This document shows, one piece after another, positions 9,735 to 19,367 of a DNA stretch of 64,000 nucleotides. This stretch comes from a virus, in IMG/VR virus record IMGVR_UViG_3300019124_000103, positions 18,501-82,500 of that record; one strand, 5' to 3'. Numbering within the stretch: position 1 is the stretch's first letter; every line of letters begins with the position of its first letter. A program made the position numbers and the translations under genes. The notes beneath the pieces were generated by a model that saw only the letters and a list, made by a program, of their open reading frames with translations, was not told the DNA's origin and did no database searches.

Positions 9735-11555
9735 ATGCCATTCAAGGACTACTACATCGGCCCGACCGGCTCAAACAGCAACAACGGGCAGAGCTATGCG
9801 AACCGGGTGCAGACCTGGCCGAAGATGAACCAATTGATCGCTTCGGAGAACCCTCCTGGCATCAACGACACGGTGCGCATCTTCGTGGATGCGTTCGATT
9901 TCTCGTCTAACGGCGCGTTCGGCTACTTCGGCAACTTCACGAACAACAACGTTGCGGCCAACGCGACGATCAGTGTGCAGTGCGCCAACGGCATCCTGAT
10001 TACCGCATACGACCCCACCGCGAACTGGCATTTCAGCGATATCCGCACGCTGACAAACACGGCCGACTTCACGGACCTGGGCGGCGGAATCTGGCGCACG
10101 AGCACCACGTTCGTGACCGCGGGCCTGTCGAACAAAGCAGTGCGCGTGTGGCGGTGCGCGACTTCGTTGACCGACAAGCGGTTGGCTGTGCTCGACCCGG
10201 ACAACGAGTTGTTCGAGGCGGCCAGCTACGCCACGCTGGGCGACAACGAATCGCACGCCTGGACGCAGGTAGACAGCGGCAACACCTGGGGCACGAGCGA
10301 CACGACGCCCACGTCGTTTGCTGCCATGCGCACGCTGTACCTCTACAGCCCGAAGGGGAACCCGGCGACGGTGTGGGGCGGCATCGCTGTGTTGACGCAA
10401 GAGGGCTTCCACAACTTCATGCGCATTCAGGGCCTGGACAACTGGACGCTGGACGACAGCATCAAGTGCTTGGGTGGCGGGCAGTACGCCTTCCGCTTGA
10501 ACGGCGGCAGCAACTGGCGGTTCGAGCCGCAGATTCTGGCGACCTCGCCATACCGGCCTGCAGTCGCGGTCAACGAGGGTCCGCTCAACACGACCGCCGA
10601 ACTGCAGAACTGCACGCTGGCGCCCCGCATCGATGCCCTGATCAAGGATCGGCCGTTCTACCCGTTCGAGAGCGGGCACCACAACGGCGGGTTCAACGAC
10701 CTCGTGCAGTTCGGCACCAACGCATGCGTGCGCAACATCCGCTTCGCGGCCAAGAGCACCTCCGGCTTGCAATCCCACATCCGTGGCGCCAACCACTCGG
10801 CGATTGCCCGCGGCGTCGGCGGCTCGGGGTATATCCACGGGCTGACCATCGAACCTGAGTTCCTGTTCGACGGCTCGGGGCAGCAGTATTCCCGCGCGTT
10901 CGCGTTCAACGGCACGGGTACCAGCCTGACCGGCCTGGATATCGGCGGCCGGGTCTACAACATGCGCGCGCCCGACCAAATCCATGGCTCCGGGTTCGTG
11001 CGCAACTACAAGTCGTTCAACCGCCTGCCGATGATCCCGGCCGCCCGCAATGCGGCCAACAACAGCGGCTTGGTGACGAGCTACACCAGCCGCTTCGGCG
11101 GACAGACGCGCAACTACGGCAACGCGCTCGCGGACGGCAAGTGGTGGGACGCCCAGTGCCTGGCGATCTACAACAGCGGCGCGAACGTGCGGTTTGGGCA
11201 CTTGTCCGTGGTCGATTGCGAGTTCGACGCCCCGATGGGGCCGGCTGTCGCGGTCACGACGGACGCGACCCCTGCGGCCAGCCAATCGGTGACGGTGGCG
11301 AACTGCCTATTCCGCCGTGGATCGTCGCCGGGCGAGGTGGGCGTGGCGGTGCAGATCGACACGCGCAACAGCTGCGCGAACGCGGTACGGTTGATCAACA
11401 ACACCGAGATCGGCGGCATGCAGAACGCGACGTTCAACGGCGCCGACCGTGTGAAGGTGTCGGTAGACGGTCTGGTCTGCGCAGTTAATACCGGCTGGAA
11501 GTCCTACGCCACCGATGCGGAGTACCGCGCCGCGCTTAGCGCACAGATTTCCTAG
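9735..11555 (+). CDS. Putative beta-helix depolymerase / receptor-binding protein
   Basis: 606 aa; starts YYIGPTGSNSNNG (typical start of beta-helix enzymes); Asn/Gly/Thr-rich. Confidence 0.6.
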   Translation: MPFKDYYIGPTGSNSNNGQSYANRVQTWPKMNQLIASENPPGINDTVRIFVDAFDFSSNGAFGYFGNFTNNNVAANATISVQCANGILITAYDPTANWHFSDIRTLTNTADFTDLGGGIWRTSTTFVTAGLSNKAVRVWRCATSLTDKRLAVLDPDNELFEAASYATLGDNESHAWTQVDSGNTWGTSDTTPTSFAAMRTLYLYSPKGNPATVWGGIAVLTQEGFHNFMRIQGLDNWTLDDSIKCLGGGQYAFRLNGGSNWRFEPQILATSPYRPAVAVNEGPLNTTAELQNCTLAPRIDALIKDRPFYPFESGHHNGGFNDLVQFGTNACVRNIRFAAKSTSGLQSHIRGANHSAIARGVGGSGYIHGLTIEPEFLFDGSGQQYSRAFAFNGTGTSLTGLDIGGRVYNMRAPDQIHGSGFVRNYKSFNRLPMIPAARNAANNSGLVTSYTSRFGGQTRNYGNALADGKWWDAQCLAIYNSGANVRFGHLSVVDCEFDAPMGPAVAVTTDATPAASQSVTVANCLFRRGSSPGEVGVAVQIDTRNSCANAVRLINNTEIGGMQNATFNGADRVKVSVDGLVCAVNTGWKSYATDAEYRAALSAQIS

Positions 11556-12126
11556 ACTGAAGGAAGCCCAACGCCCCAAGCCCGAGCGCCATCAGGAGGT
11601 AGGTGGACGGCTCTGGCACTTCGGTTACTCGGAAGGTGTATGTCTCGCCGTGCAGGAGACGGTCAAAACGCACCGTGAAGGTATGCCCCCCGTTTCGCAG
11701 TGGAGCACCCCAGACCCCGGGGGTGCGCCAGTTCCCATCTTTGACAACTCCGGCCTGGAAGCTGTCTAGGGCCATCTCCAAGTAGCCGATTGCTGGCGGC
11801 GTGAACTTGAAGACGAACGAGAGGATCGGCCGGCCGCCGCCCCAGACGTTGCCGCGCTGGTCTTCTCGGGTTGTCTCCGTCCAGCTGATGCTGACCTTGT
11901 CGTCAAAGGCGTCGATTTTGAAGCCCCAGATCTGGGGCGCCCCGATGGCCGCGGTCCCGCCGAACTCCACGCCAGAGCCGACGACGGCGGGTGCGCCACA
12001 GCAGTCCGCCCAAGTCACCCCCGGGCTCCATTCCAGGGGCAGTGTGACGGACATTTCTTGCCCGTCCAGGGTGTAAGCCTGCGCAGCAGGAAGCAAGGCC
12101 AACAGGGCCAGCGGTAGCAGTTTCAT
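11536..12126 (-). CDS. PEP-CTERM sorting-domain surface protein (moron 1)
   Basis: Signal peptide MKLLPLALLALLPAAQA; C-terminus VPEPSTYLLMALGLGALGFLQSRKSVR (PEP, TM, basic tail); GGAGG RBS. Confidence 0.93.
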   Translation of the reverse strand: MKLLPLALLALLPAAQAYTLDGQEMSVTLPLEWSPGVTWADCCGAPAVVGSGVEFGGTAAIGAPQIWGFKIDAFDDKVSISWTETTREDQRGNVWGGGRPILSFVFKFTPPAIGYLEMALDSFQAGVVKDGNWRTPGVWGAPLRNGGHTFTVRFDRLLHGETYTFRVTEVPEPSTYLLMALGLGALGFLQSRKSVR

Positions 12127-12157
12127 GGGTTGTCCTCCGTGAGTGCGGAGGTTAGCC

Positions 12158-12173
12158 ATCAACCGGTGTGCCA
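12158..12173 (-). promoter_or_regulatory. Sigma54-like promoter of PEP-CTERM gene 1
   Basis: Minus strand TGGCAC-ACCGG-TTGAT versus consensus TGGCAC-N5-TTGC; -12 box deviates. Confidence 0.5.
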
Positions 12174-12215
12174 TCCCCCCAAGTGTTAGGGATTGGCCCC
12201 CTATCTAGGTGCATC

Positions 12216-13601
12216 GTGATCCCCTTCGTCGGCCCCTCTTATGCGCTGGATTTCCGCAAAGCGGACGTTCAGCGCTCGGTGAACTGGTACCCGGCCCTCA
12301 TTGAGTCGGGTACTGGTAAGTCGCTGGCGATGCTGGCCGAGGTGCCGGGCCTTCAGGTGTTCGCCACTCTGGGGGCACCCGTTCGGGGGGCTTGGGAGGT
12401 CGCTGGGCGGCTCTTTGCAGTGGCTGGTTCGGCCCTCTACGAGGTGAGTTCGGCGGGTGTTCCCACTTTCAGGGGGGCTCTGAACACCTCCTCGGGGGTG
12501 GTGGAGGCCGATCACGGGTTGTTTCAGTTGGTGCTGGTGGATGGACCCTGTGGTTATGTCCTGAACCTCCAGACCAACGCCTTCCAGCAGATCACCAGCC
12601 CCGCTTTCTACGGCTCAAAGAGCGTGGCCTTCCTCGACGGCGTCTTTTATTTCGTCCGCCCAGATACCCAGCAGTTCTATTGGTCGGCGATTGACGATGC
12701 GACGGACCTCAGTGGGCTGGATTTCGCTTCGGCGGAACGATCTCCAGACAACATCGTTCGCCTGATCGTCAGCTTCGGGGAAGCGCTGATTCTGGGCGAG
12801 AAGTCTGGGGAGGTCTGGTCCCCGAGAGGTGATCCTGAGTCCCCTCTGGAGCGCAACAACGGGGCATTGATCGAGGTGGGGTGTGCGGCGCCTGCCTCTG
12901 TCAGAAAGCTCGACAACACCGTGATCTGGGTCGGCAACGACGCGAACGGCTCGGGTGTCGTGTGGATGCTGGAAGGCTACAAGCCGGTGCCGATCTCTGA
13001 CCGTCCTAGGGAAGAACTGCTTGCCAAGAGCACGGACCTTTCGGGGGCGGTTGCCTATACCGAGCAGTACGAAGGCCATCGGTTCTATTGCCTGCGCGTT
13101 CCTGGGCTCGATACGACGCACGTTTTCGACCTCAAGACCCGGCAATGGCACGAGCGGGCGGAATTGGTCAATGGCGAGTACACCCAGCACCGGGCCACCT
13201 GCCATGCCTACGCCTTTGGCAAGCACATCGTCGGGGCGGATGACGGGAAGCTCTACGTCTACGTGAAGACCGGCAACAACGCGGGGGACGTGAAGGTCAG
13301 GGACCGGATCAGCCCTCACATGGCTGTGCCGAGCCTCGAATTCCTGCCGTTCAACACGTTTGAGCTTGACGCTCAAGTCGGCGAGGGCAAGCCGGACGGC
13401 ACTGAAGCGAAGGTTTTGCTTCGCTACTCCAACAACGGCGGGGCCACGTGGTCCGCCTGGCGGGAGGCGTCACTGGGGTCGGTGGGTCAACTCGAAAAGC
13501 GGGTGATCTGGCGGCGATTGGGTCGAGCCAAAGACCGCGTGTGGCACGTCCGGGTGACTGACGACGCGCCCTGTTCTCTGATTCAAGCGAAGGTGTCCTG
13601 A
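12216..13601 (+). CDS. Packaged-DNA stabilization / tail hub protein (P22 gp10-like), unit 1
   Basis: DFASAERSPDNIV, GCAAPAS and WRRLGRAKDRVW motifs; near-identical copy at 50281. Confidence 0.85.
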   Translation: MIPFVGPSYALDFRKADVQRSVNWYPALIESGTGKSLAMLAEVPGLQVFATLGAPVRGAWEVAGRLFAVAGSALYEVSSAGVPTFRGALNTSSGVVEADHGLFQLVLVDGPCGYVLNLQTNAFQQITSPAFYGSKSVAFLDGVFYFVRPDTQQFYWSAIDDATDLSGLDFASAERSPDNIVRLIVSFGEALILGEKSGEVWSPRGDPESPLERNNGALIEVGCAAPASVRKLDNTVIWVGNDANGSGVVWMLEGYKPVPISDRPREELLAKSTDLSGAVAYTEQYEGHRFYCLRVPGLDTTHVFDLKTRQWHERAELVNGEYTQHRATCHAYAFGKHIVGADDGKLYVYVKTGNNAGDVKVRDRISPHMAVPSLEFLPFNTFELDAQVGEGKPDGTEAKVLLRYSNNGGATWSAWREASLGSVGQLEKRVIWRRLGRAKDRVWHVRVTDDAPCSLIQAKVS

Positions 13602-14182
13602 TGTCCGTTACCACGGCCGCGAAAAACACGATGCTCGACGCGCTGACGGTGACGCATGCGTCATTGCACAGCGGCTTCCCCGGGCTGACGGGCGCGAACG
13701 AGATCTCGGGGGGTGCCCCGGCCTACGCACGCAAGGCGGTGACGTTCGGCGCCGCTTCAGGCGGGACACGAACCACCAGCGGTTCGGTCAACTTCGACGT
13801 TCCGGCCTCCACGGTCCGTTGGGTGGGGCTGTGGAATGGGGCCACCTTCATCGGGTATGCCCCGAATGGTGGAAGCCCTAAAGAGTTCGTTGTTGATCCT
13901 TCGACGGACGTGATTCGCTGCGTCTCGCACGGCTACACCGATACGCAAACGGTCGTGTTCTTCAACGGCACAGTTCCCCCCGGCCTGACTGAAGGGGTCG
14001 TTTACTACGTGCGGGACGCGACGACAGATACCTTCAAGGTAGCAGCCACCTCCGGAGGCCCGGCCATCGACTTGACCGGGGCTGGTTCGACGGATTGCCT
14101 CGTGTCGCTGATCGTTGAGAGTGTGTACGCAGCCCAAGGGACGCACACCCTGACCACTGGGACCATCGGTCTACCCCTGTAA
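13601..14182 (+). CDS. Tail protein
   Basis: ANEISGGAPAYAR and GLTEGVVYYV motifs; homolog at 51663. Confidence 0.7.
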   Translation: MSVTTAAKNTMLDALTVTHASLHSGFPGLTGANEISGGAPAYARKAVTFGAASGGTRTTSGSVNFDVPASTVRWVGLWNGATFIGYAPNGGSPKEFVVDPSTDVIRCVSHGYTDTQTVVFFNGTVPPGLTEGVVYYVRDATTDTFKVAATSGGPAIDLTGAGSTDCLVSLIVESVYAAQGTHTLTTGTIGLPL

Positions 14183-14670
14183 TGGCCTCCACGACGTTTG
14201 CTGTCGCCCTCGGGTTCAGGGCGGGCTGCGGCATTTCCGAGAACAGGCAGGCGGCTTTCGCCCTGAGTGCTGGGGTGTTGGTTCAAGCGGACCCGTACAA
14301 CTCCGGGACCAGCTTTTCCCGGAATCGCGGGGACAACAAGGCGTGGCTTCCACCCCCTAGAGAACCTGTCCTCAACGCTGACGGGACGATGCGGCCGAGC
14401 TGGTACCGGTTCTTTGAATACGTCGCCAACCGTCGATTGGGCGGCATCGCCGGCCCCTCAATGAATGAGGTTCAGGCGAATGTCGTCGAAACCAAGGTCC
14501 AGGCTGTGAACGCGGTCGTTGCGGCTGCTTCGGTTGAGCAAGCCCTGACGACCAACGCGGAAGCGCTGAAGGCCACGATTCAAGTCGCCCAAAACGCCGG
14601 CCTCGCTGGTGCCTCGAATATCCCAGAGGTCGTGCTCCGACCTTCCTCCACCTCGTATCTGGAGCCCTGA
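14182..14670 (+). CDS. Tail-cluster protein
   Basis: C-terminus nearly identical to 52247-52747; TAATG and TGATG couplings. Confidence 0.65.
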   Translation: MASTTFAVALGFRAGCGISENRQAAFALSAGVLVQADPYNSGTSFSRNRGDNKAWLPPPREPVLNADGTMRPSWYRFFEYVANRRLGGIAGPSMNEVQANVVETKVQAVNAVVAAASVEQALTTNAEALKATIQVAQNAGLAGASNIPEVVLRPSSTSYLEP

Positions 14671-16076
14671 TGGAGAACCTTGTTAACTCGGTCAACCCTG
14701 CTGGGTGGGACACGGGCTTTGATCGCCCGTACTTTGATGGCGGCGGGCTCTCTCAGGAGCAACTGCGGGATCTGTGGACGAAGGCCGGTGAATCGGGCGG
14801 GTTCTTCTCTCGCGGCTCGCAAACGTGGGACGCGGAGGGCCGGCAAGCCCACGATGCGCGCTACCTTGCGGACGGCGACGACAACCGCGAGAACGATTTC
14901 TACGTAGTGCAGAACGACGACGGCACGCTGGGCCGCGTTCACATCGACCGCCACGGCTGGAATGCGCAGTTCGCCTCCTTGGTGGCGATGATGGCCCCGG
15001 CCATCGCTGGTGTTGCGGGTGCCGGTGCTGGGGCTTCTGCTGGCGGGGCTGGCGCTTCCACAGCGGGGACGGATGCTTTCTCTCAATGGCTCGCCACCGG
15101 CGCGACGGACGCCTCGACCATCGGCGGGATGGGCGGCGGCGCAGGCTCTGTGGGCGCCGGATCGGTTGCCGCAAGCATGGCCCCCGGCTACTCGGTCGGG
15201 ATGGTGGATGCCAGCTCCATTGCAAACCCCCTGGCAGGCTCGGCCGAACAGGTTGTTGCCGGGCTCCCGAGCTACAACGCGGGCGGCGTGGCGGCGGCAG
15301 CGGGAGGTGGCGGGGCGGCTGCTGCCGGTGGTGGTGGTGGGGCGGGTGGCGCAAGCGGCCCTTCCGTGACATCCAGCGGCTACACAGGAACGGAGTTCAA
15401 CCCCTCTGGGTACACGGGGGGCACCCCCTCTATGGCTTCGGGTGGAGGGATGGGAGGCGGTGTGTCTACGACGAGTTTCGGCGGTTATGGCGATTGGGTG
15501 CAGCTCGGGTCGAGCCTGCTGAATGGGTACCTTGGCCAACGTGCAGCGGATAAGGCAGCGAACGCGCAGATTGGGGCAACGAAAGACGCCAATGCCTTGA
15601 TCAAACACATGTACGACCAGACGCGGGCCGACAACATGCCCGCGCTTCAGGCTCGTAACGCTGGGTTGGCTGGGTATCAGAACCTGCTCAAGAACCCGTC
15701 CTCTGTCGCTCAAGACCCTGGCTATCAGTTCGGTTTCGACCAAGGAACCAAGGCCATCGGCACCCAAGCCGCTGCACGTGGAAATTACTACTCGGGCAAG
15801 ACCCTCAAAGACCTAACCCGCTTCGGGCAGGACTACGGGCAAAGCAAGTTCGATCAGTCCCTGAACCGTCACGGCAACCTGGCTGGCCTCGGTCAGGTGG
15901 GCTCGGGCCAGATCGGCCAAGCCGGCATGCAGTACGGCCAGCAGGCGGGGCAGAACCTGATCGGTGCTGGTAACGCACGAGGTGCTGCAGCCATCACTGG
16001 GGCGAACTCTTGGCAGAACGCCCTTAACGGGCTCATGTCCTACGGCAACCAAAACAACTGGTGGGGGCGTCCGTAA
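14670..16076 (+). CDS. Gly/Ala-rich DNA ejection (pilot) protein, P22 gp7-like
   Basis: DPGYQFGFDQG...AARGNYYSGKTLK motif; position after gp10-like genes. Confidence 0.75.
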   Translation: MENLVNSVNPAGWDTGFDRPYFDGGGLSQEQLRDLWTKAGESGGFFSRGSQTWDAEGRQAHDARYLADGDDNRENDFYVVQNDDGTLGRVHIDRHGWNAQFASLVAMMAPAIAGVAGAGAGASAGGAGASTAGTDAFSQWLATGATDASTIGGMGGGAGSVGAGSVAASMAPGYSVGMVDASSIANPLAGSAEQVVAGLPSYNAGGVAAAAGGGGAAAAGGGGGAGGASGPSVTSSGYTGTEFNPSGYTGGTPSMASGGGMGGGVSTTSFGGYGDWVQLGSSLLNGYLGQRAADKAANAQIGATKDANALIKHMYDQTRADNMPALQARNAGLAGYQNLLKNPSSVAQDPGYQFGFDQGTKAIGTQAAARGNYYSGKTLKDLTRFGQDYGQSKFDQSLNRHGNLAGLGQVGSGQIGQAGMQYGQQAGQNLIGAGNARGAAAITGANSWQNALNGLMSYGNQNNWWGRP

Positions 16077-17413
16077 TGCCTGTCGATACTGGAATCTTCA
16101 ACTTGCTGGGGCGGGGCGTTAAGTCCGTCGCCGAGTACGACGCAGAGGCCCAGCAGGCGCAGATGAACAAGCTGAACTTGCTTCGCGCTCGTCAGCAGAT
16201 GGCCGAACAGCAGGCGCTGGACGGCGAGCGTTCGGAGCTTGCCAAGATCATGCCGACGCTGGACCGCAAGGCGCCCGATGCGATGCAGAGGCTGTATCAG
16301 GTGGCGCCACGGAGCGCGCCGGCCGTCATCAAGCAATGGCAGGATCAAGACAAGACAGACGCAGAGATCGCCGACAAAAAGTCGTTGACGGCCGACCGGG
16401 AATTCAAGTCACAGAAAGACCGCTACCTGCACGGCGTTTCATTGCTTCAGGGGGCGCAAACGCCCGAAGAAGCATTGCGCGCGGTCGACGAGGGCATCAA
16501 GCTCGGCGCCTGGGATCGCGAGAAGGCGACAGGCATGGTGCAGGCGATGAAGGCGGCCCACGATAGCGGAGACTTCCGGGGCTGGCAGCAGCTCTACTTG
16601 AAGACCGTTCTGAGCCCCGAGAAGCTGCTTCCCCAGGTGCAGAACCGCGACACGGGCGGCGCCATTCAAACGCTCGCCATTGACCCGCTGACTGGCAAGC
16701 CCTCGGTAACGGGCAGCGTTGCGAAGACGATGAGCCCGGAACAGGTGGACGCCTCAAAGCGCGGGTGGGCACAGTTTGGTGAAACCCGGCGGCACAACCT
16801 CGTTTCTGAGGGTTTCCGTGCGCAAGAGCTGACCACAGGGCGGGAAGAGAAGGTAGCCACGAAGAAGGCCGAGGCCGTCGAAAAGGCGGTCACCAAGTTC
16901 TCAGACACCATCCAGAAAGAAGGCATCCCTGAACTAGAAACGGCAGTGGCGCAAGCAGAAAACGCGCTGGGGAGATACAAGCCCGGCCAGGTGCCAGGGG
17001 TAGGCCCCATCAAGAACGCGCTTCCTGCCGCGTTGATGAGCGCTGAAGGCAAGGACGTTCGCCAGGCGCTCGCACAGGTGCGCAACATCGTTCTAAGCGC
17101 TCGCTCGGGCGCTGCCGTGACGGATCAGGAACTGCGTCGGCTGGTTGAGGAAATTGGTACTGGCGCCGGTATGGACGATGCAGACATCCGCCGTGGGCTC
17201 CAAAAGGTCCGCGCTCGGCTGGATCAGATCAAGACCAACGCGGCGGCGGGCGTTTCGGACGAGGTGCTGAACACGTATCGGGAGCGCGGCGGCCTTGACA
17301 TCCGTCGCGGCGGTAAGCCTGAAGCCGCACAGCGCACGGTGGTTCGCACGGGCACTCACAACGGCCGGAAGGTTGTCCAGTACAGCGATGGGACGGTTGA
17401 CTATGCCAATTGA
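16076..17413 (+). CDS. DNA ejection protein 2, unit 1
   Basis: Helical, Gln/Ala-rich; termini shared with 54204-55484; SGAAVT motif. Confidence 0.7.
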   Translation: MPVDTGIFNLLGRGVKSVAEYDAEAQQAQMNKLNLLRARQQMAEQQALDGERSELAKIMPTLDRKAPDAMQRLYQVAPRSAPAVIKQWQDQDKTDAEIADKKSLTADREFKSQKDRYLHGVSLLQGAQTPEEALRAVDEGIKLGAWDREKATGMVQAMKAAHDSGDFRGWQQLYLKTVLSPEKLLPQVQNRDTGGAIQTLAIDPLTGKPSVTGSVAKTMSPEQVDASKRGWAQFGETRRHNLVSEGFRAQELTTGREEKVATKKAEAVEKAVTKFSDTIQKEGIPELETAVAQAENALGRYKPGQVPGVGPIKNALPAALMSAEGKDVRQALAQVRNIVLSARSGAAVTDQELRRLVEEIGTGAGMDDADIRRGLQKVRARLDQIKTNAAAGVSDEVLNTYRERGGLDIRRGGKPEAAQRTVVRTGTHNGRKVVQYSDGTVDYAN

Positions 17414-19253
17414 TCCAAAGCAGGTTCAGTGGGACCCCATCGACCCCAGCGCGGTGCAATGGGACGAGAGCCCCAAGGCAGCGAAACCGAGTCGCTCAGA
17501 CCTGTGGAAGCGCGAGCTTCAGCGTTCCGCTCCATACGGAATCGCCCGGGGCGTGAAGGATGTTATTGACACCGGCGCTAAAGCGCTCGCATCGGGTTTC
17601 GACGCCTTGACTGGCAGCAATGAGGCGCAGCGCGTCGGCGACATGAACGCCCAAGGGAAGGCCGAGTTTGATCGAGTGGCTGGCGACAGCACCAGCGCGA
17701 GTATCGGCCGCATCGCTGGCAACATCGCCGGCACGGCGCCGCTGATCTCTGCTGCTGGCGCCGGTGTTGCTGCGGCCGGTCTTCCTCGGCTCGGCGCGGC
17801 GATTGGTAGCGGCGGTTTCACCACGGGGGCCGCGCCTGTGGGCGCTTTGGCCCGGTCGGCAGACATGGGAGTCCGCATGGCCGGAGGCGCCCTGGCCGGC
17901 GGGGCGCAGGCGGGCATGGTTGACCCGAGTAGTGCAGGGACCGGGGCGGCAGTGGGCGCAGCGCTCCCGCCAGGGGTGGCAGCGCTTGGGCGTGTTGGCG
18001 CAGTTGGCGGCGAGATGCTTAAGAAGGGAGGAGCGGTGGTAAGCGACCGCGTGGCCTCCCGTGTAGCAACCGAGAAGGCCGCGGAAGCCATCGGGCCGAG
18101 TGGAGTCCGCCAGGCGGTGGGCGACCTGCAAACCTACTTCCCCAAGGGGGCCGAGGGCATCCCTGTCTCTAGTGCTGGTGTGACCGGCAATCTCGGCCTT
18201 GCGCGACTTGAGCAGGGCTCTCGCCTTCGTGTTCCGGAGAAGTGGGCCGAGTTCGATACACAGCAGTCGAAAGCCGTGTTCGACAACGTGCTAAAGGCGA
18301 CGCAGAGTGCCGATGAGATCGGGGCGCTCAAGGGGGCGCGGCAGGCAAACTGGCAGGAGGCCTGGGCTAAAGCTGACAGCAGTTTCAAGCCGAAGGTGTG
18401 GAACAAGAAGATGGGCGAACTTGGCCCGAAGATTGACCAAGCGTTGCGCTCCCCAGAGTCCTCAAACCCTGCAGTGCGCGGCTTGCTGCAGGCCATCAAG
18501 GACGAGGTAATCAGAGTTGGTCCGGATTTCAGCCCCGCTCATCTCCAGCAGATCCGGGCGAATCTGAACGGGCGCGCGAACCCGCTTTCACCGGATGCCT
18601 TCAAGTCGGCGCCTCGTGACTCGGCCGCGGTTAAGTCCGTGATTCGGGAGCTTGACGACATCCTCAACTCAGCCACTGGAAACAAGTGGCAGAAGGTGTT
18701 GGAGGGGTACGCCAAGGATTCAGAGGTGGTGCATTCGGCCGCGGCAGCATCGAAGGTTCGCGGCGCTTTCGTGGACCGGGAGACTGGACGCATCCTGACG
18801 AAAACGCGAGACGCGAATGGCGAAGTCCCTGTTATCACGGAAAGTGCGCTTACCCGGGCGATGAACAGCGCCAGGCTTCCGGACAAATCCCTGGCACTCA
18901 GCCAAGAGGCCAATCACAGACTAGAAGCGACGCTTGATGCCATGCGCAGGCAAGCGATTGTCCAGAACCTGAAGCGATCAGCGACGGCCGGTGGCGGCTC
19001 GGACACTGTGGCTAACGCATTCGCCGCAGATGCAGCGCGAACTGTTGCGCCGAACCGTTTGCTGGAGTTGATCGATGGGCTGCGCCGAGTGGGGACGGCT
19101 CGCACGGATCGGCAGCTAGCCGACCTGTTGAGCAACCCGGACGATCTTGCGAACGCGCTGAACCTTCTCAGCGCCCGCCAGGGTCGCCCCCCGGTGGGGA
19201 ATGCTCTTGCCCCTGCTTATCGGGCTGCCCCGACCCTAGCGGCCGACCGGTAA
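17403..19253 (+). CDS. DNA ejection protein 3, unit 1
   Basis: MPIDPKQVQWD start; Gly/Ala-rich membrane-like segment; positional homolog of 55474. Confidence 0.7.
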   Translation: MPIDPKQVQWDPIDPSAVQWDESPKAAKPSRSDLWKRELQRSAPYGIARGVKDVIDTGAKALASGFDALTGSNEAQRVGDMNAQGKAEFDRVAGDSTSASIGRIAGNIAGTAPLISAAGAGVAAAGLPRLGAAIGSGGFTTGAAPVGALARSADMGVRMAGGALAGGAQAGMVDPSSAGTGAAVGAALPPGVAALGRVGAVGGEMLKKGGAVVSDRVASRVATEKAAEAIGPSGVRQAVGDLQTYFPKGAEGIPVSSAGVTGNLGLARLEQGSRLRVPEKWAEFDTQQSKAVFDNVLKATQSADEIGALKGARQANWQEAWAKADSSFKPKVWNKKMGELGPKIDQALRSPESSNPAVRGLLQAIKDEVIRVGPDFSPAHLQQIRANLNGRANPLSPDAFKSAPRDSAAVKSVIRELDDILNSATGNKWQKVLEGYAKDSEVVHSAAAASKVRGAFVDRETGRILTKTRDANGEVPVITESALTRAMNSARLPDKSLALSQEANHRLEATLDAMRRQAIVQNLKRSATAGGGSDTVANAFAADAARTVAPNRLLELIDGLRRVGTARTDRQLADLLSNPDDLANALNLLSARQGRPPVGNALAPAYRAAPTLAADR

Positions 19254-19332
19254 AGCCGCAGTAGACGCCCCAGCAAAACGCGGCGAACAAGACAACAACT
19301 GTCTTCCAGATCAGGTAGTCGCTGAATTCCAC
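19168..19332 (-). CDS. Small antisense membrane peptide (54 aa), candidate superinfection exclusion protein
   Basis: Manual translation MEFSDYLIWKTVVVLFAAFCWGVYCGFTGRPLGSGQPDKQGQEHSPPGGDPGGR; GTG start with AGGGGG upstream; homolog at 57008-57178. Confidence 0.6.
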   Translation of the reverse strand: MEFSDYLIWKTVVVLFAAFCWGVYCGFTGRPLGSGQPDKQGQEHSPPGGDPGGR

Positions 19333-19334
19333 CT

Positions 19335-19367
19335 AAGCCCCCTGGCTCGCGCCTCGGGGCTTTTTTC
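19335..19367 (+). terminator. Terminator-like hairpin, repeated in unit 2 at ~57181-57213
   Basis: AAGCCCC...GGGGCTT followed by TTTT. Confidence 0.6.

Noticed and set aside
9771-11285. Long antisense ORFs (also 48237-49910, 45539-46651, 4929-6023, 14580-15767)
   Set aside because: Shadow frames of real genes in high-GC DNA; Arg/Ala/Val-rich with no motifs
15000-15500. GGC/GGT-rich tract as tandem repeat or contingency locus
   Set aside because: It encodes the Gly/Ala-rich region of the ejection protein and has no fixed repeat unit
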